Shown here one piece after another: positions 12,213-23,300 of a stretch of 64,000 bases of DNA. Both the position numbers and the translations under genes were made by a program. The stretch is from Heterodontus francisci (Eukaryota). Each line of letters begins with the position of its first letter. The stretch's first letter is position 1. Under the pieces are notes generated by a model. That model worked only from the letters and a program-made list of their open reading frames with translations. It was not told where the DNA came from and did no database searches. Location: assembly GCF_036365525.1 (NCBI RefSeq), contig NC_090399.1, forward strand, positions 46,780,430-46,844,429, written 5' to 3'.

Positions 12213-12269
12213 ATTTATACCCGAGAGAAACCTCAAGTGACAAAAAGAGCATTGCACAATAATTTGCAT
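12213..12269 (-). promoter_or_regulatory. Putative GPCR copy 1 core promoter: TATA, C/EBP-like site, octamer
   Basis: TATAAAT (12213-12219, minus) ~70 bp upstream of the ATG; ATTGCACAAT 12251-12260; ATGCAAAT octamer 12262-12269 (minus). Confidence 0.6.
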
Positions 12270-15200
12270 TAGTTACAGTCTTTTGAACAAACAGGTTTAC
12301 CTAATCCGTATTTACTCCTACTGATCACTTGCAGACATACCCATATTGACATTAGAAAAGTCTGGAGAATTCAGTCGATCACATTTTAGAAATAAAACAT
12401 GTTGATCTCTGCAGTTCAACAAAAATGATATATATTCTTTAATCAGAAGACATAAAATTGCAGTTTAGTGGAAGGCAACTAATGAAGTAAACGTGCTCAT
12501 TTGTGGTGGAGTAACTCTATCTACAATGTATTCGTTCATTGTTGTGTTTTTGATGTTCTTCAGGCCCGTAATACCGACATATATACACAGAAAGTGATAT
12601 TCTTAGTGGAATACTGCAATATGGATAGTCTGAAATGTTTGCATCTGGTATTCATAGGTGATAACCATAGGGATTGTTCTGATGTGTATGAGAAAAAAAA
12701 ACAATGATGTGGATAAGGAACTCTGCAGCCATTTGTCAGGTTCATGGAAGTTCATGGACGCAAATTACTAAGGAATTGGAGGGGGCCAAGAAGATTTCAT
12801 GCCGGTGTAAAGCGGGAACCGGGAGCAGGACCCGCTTCCACCCATTGCACTAAGAACAAGGAGTTCCGCTTGAAGCTGACTTATTTTGGAAATTGACTCC
12901 GAGTACTGAGGTCAGAATGTACCCATTTCGTGGATTAAAGATAGATTGGGCATTTTGCACTGCGTTAATGCTATTTCCATTATCTTTCAAAAGTTCGTTT
13001 TATACTTGATCCCGAAAGTTACATCCACAATTGGAATAATCCCAAACAGAACATCGAAGCAAGCATTGCAACTTGTGACATATCCAACCCATGATCTCTC
13101 CACCTCCCTCTCAGAATTGTTACTATTGGCCCCACTTCAAGACTGCATGTTGGAGACGGTTCATTGGATTTGTTTGCAGTAACTCTGGAATAAAATAATA
13201 TTGTTTTGTGTTTTATATTGCATGATTTCAAATAGGATGAAAAAACGCTACTTTGAATTAGATTTACCGTACTGTATAATTACGAGAATTCCACTGTTGG
13301 CATGCTAGTGATCATGTTAACTGTGTAGACCTGTCAGTCTATTCAAGAAGAAACATCAAATCTGCACACGGTTTATTTGCTTTGTTTCTACCTTTGGTTG
13401 GAAATCAATGAATGGTGAAAATTATATTTAGTTAAAGACACATCAGTTCTAAAGTGCATGCGTATGGACTGACACTGAAAGGAGTTGGATGAATTCTCTT
13501 TGATTGTGGACTTGAAGGCAATCTTGAGTGGAAGGAAAATATACATAAATGTATTTTGTTAGTTCTCAAGATTGTGGAAAGTTTGTTATTTTTTATTCAT
13601 CCAATATCAAAGTGCTTTATCAAACTCCCTTATCAATGCTCACTCGTGGGGTAGATTACCCCTACTGGGGAAGGAACTGACTTTGTTCCAATGCCTTGGA
13701 TAGCACCTTCTTGTGTTTTCCTGCCACGATGTAGCAATTACACTGCAAATAAATTCTGAACGTTGGACTAAGTAATAGAATTCAACTGACGACATGATAT
13801 TTTCTCTTATAATGAGAACAGATACAACAAGCTAAATTTAATTGGCACCCCACGTGAATCATGATGCTCGATCACAAAATTGGTCTGTCTGGGAATGTTT
13901 TGCTCCATCCCTGGCAGACGAGTAGAGAAGTTAACCCTTTCCGTTGACAGTTTTACGTTTGAATTAATTCACCACACTTTAACATCTCTATTATTGATTT
14001 GGCATTATTAAATGGCAAAGTTGTAAATAGACAGAGGAAGATTCTGATTAGACAGATTTGTCCATTGTGCTCTTGGGCAGAGCCACAATGGCTTTTTCAT
14101 TTTTTTTGCTTTAAACAAGTGCCGATGGTTTGCAGGTCCACATAAATACTCATACCGCAGCAGGAGATCTAATAACATTAGGAATTTAAGAACTTACAAT
14201 GGTTATACTTTGAATTAATTATTTTCCTTGCAAAGACGTGTCCTTAACTTATTTAAGGTCATCTGTTATCTTCTAAGACCAAGTGCTTGATAAGGGGTGA
14301 TATGGATGTTATTTCCGAATTAAATGCAAGAACTTATATTTCCGATGCAAAACACCATGTAAAATCACCAAACCTGAGCCACATTTTTCTGTTATTGGAA
14401 TTTATAAGATAAATTAATAAGTTGCTATTTTAAGCACTCAAAGGGAACATTTACGGTATGTTTCAGGGATCATGTTGTTTTTATTGGAAGAAACGGATGC
14501 AACGCAGTCTCAGCAGTTCTTAAGTATCAAGGAAGAAAATGTTGGGAGAAATCAAACTGAATATTGACAAAAAGATGTCTGTTCAGCAATACTGTTTGAA
14601 CATTTTGGGGGATTTTGAAATGATAACATGTCAGGCCTAATATCTCATCCCTCAGAAATAGTATTGTCTAAAATAAAGAACAGACAAACAAATTATGCTT
14701 AATTTATGGCAGACCTTGAGGAATCCATGACATCAGCCGAGAGCTCCAACTCAATCGGCTGCCCTTGGTGCCAAACAAGCAGCAGGTATGGGAAGTGGGG
14801 AGCCAAGCGGTGGTACGAAATTATGTGAAGGTGTTGTGTTTGCAGTAATGCAGTAGCGTGGTATTTGCATTTCCAACAGACCTTTGATAAAGCACCATAT
14901 AGTGTCCTGTACAAGAAAGGATTGTTTATAAGGCCTCACATTAACAAAATGTGTAAATTAATTAGATCAAGTGGAAATGTTTGATTTTTGTTTTAAAATA
15001 TAATAAGAATATTGTGTTGGATAGTAAAGTACCTCTACATCTCAGGCATGAGATAGAATTGTAATTAATGGGATGTATAAAATTGAATACAAGGAAGTGA
15101 TTGAGGATAGGAGATAGAGACCCAGAAATTATATCACCAGAGGGGAATAGGAAAATCACCTTGGTCCAATATATAAAATGGTATCAATATGACATTAATG

Positions 15201-15899
15201 TACATTTTAGTCCAAGTCAGGAGACATCAGTTAAAAAGTTCAAAAAAATAGGTTTCTCTTGGGGTTGTTTATCTATATGTTTATGCATTTTTAATAAAGC
15301 TGCATTTGATAGCCCGACCACGACCAAGGCATCATGACTAAGCAGGGAGAGGTAAGCAAAGATCTTCAGACAGCCACACCACATGATCTTTTGGTAAGGT
15401 TATCTGAAACCCCAAGTATGGCTTGCATCTGTTGGAACACATGTGGCATGATATTTGGATACCAGTGAGAGAGTTCAGATGTCATTTGTTGCAAATGAAG
15501 AAACTAACATGCGGAGATACAAGGGGAACTTGCACTGAAGAATTCGGCTCAGGCATATTGAGGTAACTAGCAACAGCATAACACGAAATAGATATCATGG
15601 CCAGTATAATGACACAACATCTTAAATCACCAAGGCATTGACACATACTCCATAGAAAAACTGAATTTAAAACAAACAGGATAGAAGTAACACACGGAAT
15701 GAAAGGTCAAAGACCGGAAACATTAACTCTGCTTCTCTTTCGACAGAAGCTTCCTGATCTGCTGAGTATTTCCAGTACTTTCTGCTTTTAGTTCAGATTT
15801 CCAGCATTTGAAGTATTTTGTTTTTTATTACAGAAATAACACTCCGTTTTCCCTGTCAAATGTATATGCCATGTTTTGGAAAAAGTGAAAGGAACCATA

Positions 15900-17000
15900 G
15901 ACAAATGCACTTAATATCGGTGGTGTTATGAATGGTAATGGAATGCTTACCCGAAGATGTAACGAAAAATCTAGGAAATCGAACTATAATAAAGAGCAGT
16001 ATACGACGTATTTCAAAAGGAAAAGCCTGATCAATCTTATTCAATTATTTGAATATGCAACAGAAAGATAGACATGGGTAATGCAGTAGCTGTAATATTT
16101 GCATTTCCAACAGAACTTTGATAAAGTATCACATAGTAGGCTCATGGCCAAGACCAGAACATGTGATTCAGGAGAAAAGCAGCAGAATAATTAACAAGCT
16201 GACAACAAAAATGTATAGCCAAATTATGGGTTAAAGGTAGTTGCACAGATTGTAAATGAGGAGCAGCGTACCACATGGAATGGTACTGGGACCACTAGAT
16301 TTACCATTTACATAAGCTGATTGCCCTTGGGAATAAGAAGAATAATTTCAAAATTAGCGGGTGACAACAGATTTGGAGTGTAGTTTGCAAAGAGAAGGAC
16401 TACAACAACATACAGGTAGACAGCAATAAACATTCAGAATGGACTTAAAACAGGACAATTAACTGCAGGCAAATGTGAGGTCATACGGTTTTTGCAGAAA
16501 GTAAAAAACACGTAATCCTTGGAAAATAAGTGCCTATATTGGTTTAATGTAACAGGTATCTCGTATACTGACATGCAAATCATTAAAGATAGTGGCATTT
16601 TTTAAATATGGCATATGAAAACAAACAAATACTTGCGCTCATTTCTTGAGGGATATAATTGAACAACATAGCGATTATGTTGAATTTGTATAGAACCTTT
16701 GTGCGACCACACCTGGAGTGCTGTGAACTGTTCTGGTCTCCATATTATGAAGAAGATATTGAGGCACTGGAAAAGGGACAACGAAAATGTGCCACAATGT
16801 TGCCAGAGGTAAACGTTTATATCTATTAGGAAGTAGTGGCCTTTCCCTGATAATAAAGAGGCCTTTACGATATGATAGAGTTTGGTGTAGCCAAGCTGTT
16901 TCCGCTGGTGGTTGTGTCCCTAATTAGTGTGTCTAAACATGAGATGATGGCGAATAAAACTAATGGAGAATTCAGGAGACGTTTCTTTTTCCAGATTGCT
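15900..17000 (+). mobile_element. Old CR1 RT remnant (paralogs ~40500-41610 and ~63400-64000)
   Basis: Degenerate FQKEK..NL..FE..MGNAV...FDKVSHSRL and VRPHLECC motifs. Confidence 0.65.
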
Positions 17001-17021
17001 TTTAGAATATCTCTGATGCTA

Positions 17022-17508
17022 GGGGAGGCGGTGGTGTAGTGCTTTTGTCACTGGACCAAAGACGCAAGGTATTGCACTGGGGACATGAGTTCAAATCCCA
17101 CCACAGCAGAAGGTGGAATTTGAATTCAATTAGTAAATCTGGAATTAAAAAGCCATGAAACCATTGTCGATTGTTGTAAAAACCCCGCTGGTTCACTAAT
17201 ATCCTTCAGGGAAAGAAATCTGCTGTCCTTACCTGGTCTGGCCTACATGTGACCCACAGTAATGTGATTGAATCTTAGATGCCCTCTGAAATGGCCTAGC
17301 AAACCATTCAGTTGTATCTAACCGCTACGAAGTCAATACAAAGGAATGAAAAACTCCCTTCCGAACAACACTGTTGGTGTACCTACCCCACATGGACTGC
17401 ACCGGTTCAAGAAGGCAGCTCACCACCACTTTCTCAAGGGCAATAAGGGATGGGCAATAAATGCTGGCCTAGCCAGCGACGTCCACATCCCATGAATGAA
17501 TAAAAAAA
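17022..17508 (+). mobile_element. tRNA-headed SINE / internally deleted LINE derivative (long form)
   Basis: gtggtgtagtg A-box, gagttcaaatccc B-box; 3' part encodes NSLPNNTVGVPTPHGLHRFKKAAHHHFLKGN (LINE ORF2-like C-terminus); atgaatgaataaaa tail. Confidence 0.8.
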
Positions 17509-17958
17509 TATAGTTGAGGTGAACAGCCTATGGAAAGTGACTCGTGAGGGATAATGGCATAGAATTATGTGTTTATTGAGGCTGGATAAACAAGGTGGGA
17601 GGAGGATATGTGGAGCATAAAAGAACAAATACATTATGGCTTCCTGACGTTTCAGGATGCGCTAAAATGATTAGAGAAATTCTTGTAACTCAATGTGCCT
17701 GCTGCTTCTGCTCTCAGACTGACTGATCATGAAATTGTTTATTCCTGTTTCTTATAACTCAAACAAGCTATCGCATTTGCATCAACCCTTATGGAGAATT
17801 TCACTGTTTATTTCTCCACTAACCCATTCGAGCAGGCAGATAATGCTCTTAGCCTGATAGACAACTCACTCTTTATTTTTCTCTCATAACTCAATCCAGC
17901 TGCTGCTTCCGCCCCCTTTCTGATAGGTAATTCCACAAGATATTTCTCTTTTTGCAGC

Positions 17959-19090
17959 GAAATTTGTGCCAACTATATTCCTGTCCCGGGCAAAGTGCAA
18001 TGTTTCTAAATGTCTAACTTGCTACCTGGTGGATATAGTAGCAGTGGATCTACTGGTCGCGATCATGGCTCTGATACTGAAGCAAATTCCTATTGTGTGT
18101 TACCTCCATTTTATGATCCTGTGGTATCTTTCATTGTGCAATATTCAAGCCGTCATTCTTTGTGTAGCTACAGATCTTTCTGCTTGTTTCACCGTGACTT
18201 TCACTGTAATCGATGTGTGGCCATTTATCCCTGTTTATTTCCAGTAACACATTATTCCCTACTTTCACAGTTACGGGTCATAACTAAAACCTTTCATCAT
18301 ATCTGGAGTATTGTATGCAGTTTTGGTCTGCTTATCGGAGGAAGCATGTTCTTGCTATGGAGCAGGTGCAGCGAAGGTTCACCAGACTTTTTCCTGGGAT
18401 AGCAGGACTGCTGTATGAAGAGAGATTGGGTCGATCAGGCTTGTATTCGCCAGAATAATGCGAGGGGATCTCATAGAAAACTAAAGAATTCTAACAGGAC
18501 TTGACACACTAGATGCAGGAAGGATGTTCCCGATGGCGGGGGAGTCCAGGACCAGGGCTCACAGTCTAAGGATAAGGGATAAGCCATTTAGGAATGAGAT
18601 GAGGAGAGATTTCTTCACCCAGAGAGAGGTGAACCTGTGGAATTGTCTCCCACGGAAAGTAGTTGAGGCTAAATTAATAAATATATTGAAGAAAGAGTTA
18701 GATATAGTTCTTAGGACTAATGGGATGAAGGCATACGGGGAGAAAATGGGAACAGGTTACTGAGTTTGATCATCTGCCGTGATCGTTTTGAATGGTGGAG
18801 CAGGCTCGAAGGACCGAATGGCTTACTCCTGCTCCATTTTTCTCTTTGATTTGTTCTGGTTCTACTTCTCCATGTTCTAAACGTTGTAAAGATTTTAGTG
18901 GCGAGCAGACTCGTGGGAGACTCCTGTATTACAGCAATGCGAAGAGCCCCAGGACAGAGAGATGGAGAGCTGAAGGAAATCATTCACTTCATTTCTTGTT
19001 CTATTGGAGAATTGTATTTTGCAAAGGGTAGTGTTTCTCATTTTTTTCAGTGCAGAATCGATGTGGTATATGTAGTGTCAGTCCATCATA
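17959..19090 (+). pseudogene. Degraded GPR139-like GPCR pseudogene (exon 2 remnant) of a different subfamily, interrupted by a CR1 fragment
   Basis: ttttgcag acceptor, then IFLSRAKCNVSKCLTCYLV..AVDLLV..ATDLSACFTVTFT (TM1-TM3, alignable to ILAHGRCELSKCISRYLL..ADL..STDCSVWLTVAFT). Resumes ~18850 with FVLVLLL..ILVASR..SNAKSPR..EMES*RKS (TM5-ICL3). Frameshifts and a stop. Confidence 0.8.
18290..18850 (+). mobile_element. CR1 3' fragment inside the GPCR pseudogene
   Basis: LEYCMQFWS.., FFTQREVNLWNCLP, gaaggaccgaatggc stem-loop. Confidence 0.82.
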
Positions 19091-19095
19091 CCGAT

Positions 19096-21015
19096 TGAAT
19101 CGAATTGGCTGAAGTCTGGCATCTGTGCTGCTGGGAACTTCAGGAGGAGGTTGAGAAGGATCATCAACTCGGCACTTCCGGCTGAAGATTGTTGTAAATG
19201 CTTCAGCCTTATCTTTCACACTAATGTGCTGGGCTCCCCCATCATTGAGGATGTGTGATATTTGTTGAGCCATCTCCTCAAATTAGTTATCCACCACCAT
19301 TCATGGCTGGATGTAGCAGGGCAGCAGAGCTTAGACCTGATCTGTTGGTTGTGGGATCACTTAAATGTGTCGATCGCATGTTGCATACACAGTTTTTTGC
19401 TCAAGTAGTCCAGTGTTGTAGCTTCACCAGGTTCAAACTTCATTTTGAGGTACACCCAGTGCTGCTCCTGGCATACCCTCCTGAACTCTTCATTGAACCA
19501 GGATTGTTTTCCTGGCTTGATAGTAATCGTAGAGGTGGGAGGGGGGATTTTTAAATTCATTCGTGGGATGTGGGCATCGCTGGCTCGGCCAGCATTTATT
19601 GTCCGTCCCTAATTGCCCTTGAACTGAATGGCTTGCTATGCCATTTCAGAGGGCATTTAAGAGTTAACCACATTGCTGTGGGTCTGGAGTCACATATAGG
19701 CCAGATGAGGTAAGGGCAGTCGATTTCCATCCCTAAAGGGTATTAGTGAACCAGATGGATTTTTACAGCAATTGACAATGATTTCATGGTCACCATTAGA
19801 CTTGCTTTTAAATCCAGATTTTTTTATTATTTGAATTCAAATTTTACCAACTGCCATGGTGGGATTCGAAACCATGTCCCCAGAGCATTAGCCTCTGGAT
19901 TATTAGTCCAGTGACATTACCACTACGCCACCATCTACCCGGGCCATGAGGTTACAGATTGTGCTTGAGTATAATTCAGCAGCTGCTGATGAACCACAGC
20001 CCCTCATGGATGCCTGTGTTGCATTGCTATATCTGTTCTAATTCTATCCCATTTGGCACGGTGGTAGTGCCACACAACACGATGGAGTGTATGCTCAATG
20101 TGAAGTCGGGGCAACAGCTCCACAAGGACTGTGCGGTGGTCACTTCTACCAATACTGTCATGGATAGATACATCTGCGGTAGGCAGATTAGTGAGGATGA
20201 GATCAAGTATGTTTTTCCCTCCTGTTGATTCCCTTACCACTTGTTGCAAACCCAGTAGCAGCGATGCCCTTTAGGACTCGCCCAGCACGGTGAGCATTGG
20301 TGTTACCGAGCCACTCTTGGTGATGGGCATTGAAGTTTCCCATCCAGAGTACATTCTACGCCCTTGCCACCCTCAGTGCTTCCTCTAACTGGTGCTCAAC
20401 ATGGAGGAGTACTGATTTATTTGCTGAGGGAGGGTGTTCGGTGGCAATCAGCAGGAGGTTTCCATTTCCATCTTTGACCTTATGCCATGTGACTTCATGG
20501 GGTCCGGAGTTGATGTTGAAGAATCCCAGGACAACTCCCTCTGGAGTGTATACTATTGTGCCGCCACCTCAACTGGGTCTGCCCTGCCGGTGGGACAGGA
20601 CATAACCATTGATGTGATGGCTGTGTCTGTGACATTGCCCGTAAGGTATGATTCCGTGACTATGACTATGTCAAGCTGTTGCTTGACCAGTCTGTGGGAC
20701 AGATCTCCCAACTTTGGCACAAGCCTCCAGATGTTAGTAGGGAGGATTTTTCACGGTTGAAAGCTGAGTTTGCCGTTGTCGTTCCCAGTGCCCAAGTCAA
20801 TGATGGGTGATCTATACGGTCTCATACATTCCTATTGACCTCGTAGTAGTTAGATACGACGGAATGGCTTGCTAGGCCATTTCAGAGGGCATCTTAGAGT
20901 CAAGCACATTGTTGTGGGTCTGGAGTCACATGTAGGCCCGACGAGGTAAAGACAGCAGATTTCCTTCCCTAAAGGACATTAATGAACCAGATGGGTTTTT
21001 TAATTCATCGACAAT
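19096..21015 (-). mobile_element. Degraded APE-type LINE (CR1/L2 group, family uncertain), 5' half only
   Basis: Minus-strand APE remnants (NILDLILTN, SDH, KPGKQSWFNEE); no RT in window; interrupted by SINE 19548-19940. Confidence 0.8.
19548..19940 (-). mobile_element. tRNA-headed SINE (short form) nested in its related LINE
   Basis: Minus strand gtggcgtagtgg A-box, ggtttcgaatccc B-box; same body and tail as 17022-17508 but lacking the middle segment. Confidence 0.83.
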
Positions 21016-21271
21016 ATCCACCACTAGTATTCAGTCACTTCCCATATATACCCAATTGATCTCTATCTGTTCTCCTCACACAATGAAGTAGAATTCCATC
21101 TTTGTAGATTGGCTTTTCCTGACTGTAAAAAAGGAGATTAAAATGGACTAATGTTTCCAGCAGGTACTGTTCTGCACCTCAGTGTCATGAAGGGGGCAAA
21201 TCTATTGAAAGTAGACTCCAATATTTTCTCCTTATCGCCATACCCTTGATCAGTTAATCAGTTGATTGTTT

Positions 21272-21568
21272 TTTAGTTTTTTAGTTTTAGAGATACAGCA
21301 CTGAAACAGGCCCTTAGGCCCACCGAGTCTGTGCCGACCATTAACCACCCATTTATACTAATCCAACACTAATTTCATATTCCTACCACATCCCCACCTG
21401 TCCCTATATTTCCCTACCATCTACCTATACTAGGGGCAATTTATAATGGCCAATTAACCTATCAACCAGCAAATCTTTGGCGTGTGGGAGGAAGCCGGAG
21501 TACCGGAGGAAACCCACGTGGATACAGGGAGAACTTGCAAACTCCACACAGGCAATACCCAGAATTGA
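21272..21568 (-). mobile_element. HE1-like V-SINE, 5'-truncated
   Basis: V-domain core (gtgtggagtttgcaagttctccctgt...ctccgg.ttcctcccac on minus), CR1-like 3' stem-loop, (ttttag)n tail. Confidence 0.85.
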
Positions 21569-21569
21569 T

Positions 21570-23300
21570 CATACTATCGATCTTCCTTCTGATATGTGCT
21601 CCTGTCCTGTCCACTATTTGCTATAGTGTTAACATACGTATCATTGGCAAACTTCGAAATTGTAAACCCTATGCACAAGACAAGGTCCTTTATATTTAAC
21701 AAGAAATGCAATGTTTCTACTATTGAACCTTGTGGTCACGCATTGCATGCCTTCCTTCAAAGGAATATATGTTCTCACCACTTCTCTCTCCCTTCTCTCC
21801 TTTAGCTAACTTCGATTACATGTTATCATCGTTCATCTACTGCCATGTGCTTCTATTCCCCTAATGAGTCTGCATGCTGGTACTTTATCAAAAACCTTTG
21901 GAAAGACCATGTACAGAACTTCAACGACGCTGCTTTCATTTACTCTTTCTGTTACTTCATCAATGAACTCCATCAGGGTAGTCATGCATTATTTCACTTT
22001 AACATGACCAGACATGCTGTCCCTTATTTTCCCTTGCTTCTTCAAGTGAGAATTAGTTTATCGTTGACAATGGTGTTTTGTAGATTTAGCATCATCAATG
22101 TTAGACCCATCAGCATGTAGTTTACAGTTTTATCTATCTCCTCTTTTTTGAGCATGGGTTTAGCATTCGTAATCCTGCACGGCTCTGGGGCCACTCCCAA
22201 AACCAACGAAGACTGGAGCATGTGGGCAGTGCTACTGCTACTGAACAATAGCTTCCCTCAGCAACCTGGGATACATTTAATCTGGAGCTGCTGGCTTGTT
22301 CAGTTTGAGTGATGCCAAAATATTGAGCACATCTTTCCGATTTAATGTTATTGCATTCAATGTCTAAAGTCACCCTCCTCTACTGTGCCATAACTTAATC
22401 CTTGTCTTTTGTGAAGACCGGGACAAATGATTTATTAAGCACCCCAGTGATGCCGTCTTCATTCATAGTAAAATAATTTTGTCCCAATTGTACCCACCAT
22501 TCCTTTGACTTCCCATTTAGTTTTGCCTGATGATAAAATATATATTCGTTTACGTTTATGTTACCCACTAATCTTTTCTCACCATCTCTCTTTACCATTC
22601 TTAGATAAGTGTCAAATTGTTCTCTGAACACTGTATTCTGTCCGTTTCTGAACTATACACAGTACCTAACATTTATCATAAACTTTCGTTTTCTGTTTCA
22701 TTTCACTCTATTTCCTTTATCATCCAGGAAGCTGCAACTTGGTATGCCCATCTTTTCACTTTATGGGAATATGTTTGGTTTGTAATAGAACTATCTCTGC
22801 GTTGAAGTAGTGCCATTGCTTAATTTCTGCCTGTCTGGTAGATGCTTTTGCTAGTTTCTGTCACTGAAATTCTCTCCTTTCCACTTGGATATTCTGACTG
22901 TATATTTTCCTTGATCACTTTCCAGAACCACATTTAAATGCAAGTATATCATGCTCTCCAGCACTTACAAATGCCATACCCTCCATTGGCCCTATATTAT
23001 TCTTGGAAAATAGTTCACTTACTGCATGTTCCCCATTGGACTAGATACATCCTGACTAGCGAATCTCTCACGTGCAGAATTCAACAATTCGTCACCTTTT
23101 ATTCTGCTCTGACCCACCCTCCCAGCCTATAGTAAAATAATTGATAACACTCTACCATGACAGATAGATTGATTTTACACTTCTCTGACACATCCCTGCC
23201 AGTCTTCCCAACTGTTTTCTTTGCACTATTAGGGGAACTACAGTAAACTCACAATAATGCACAAGCTCATGTTTTGTTCCCCGTGTCTGATTCAGAATTT
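21570..23300 (-). mobile_element. Old CR1 ORF2 remnant (paralog ~49400-51750)
   Basis: PEPCRITNAKPMLKKEEIDKTVNY resembles PEDWRIANVxPLFKKG..NY; LNKSFVPVFTKD resembles LNEYFASVFT. Confidence 0.65.

Noticed and set aside
21845-22120. 91-aa ORF almost identical in two units (also the 60-90 aa ORFs at 12501-12745) as conserved small genes
   Set aside because: Identity is at the DNA level in all frames, the first lies antisense in a dead CR1, and conversion explains it better than coding constraint.
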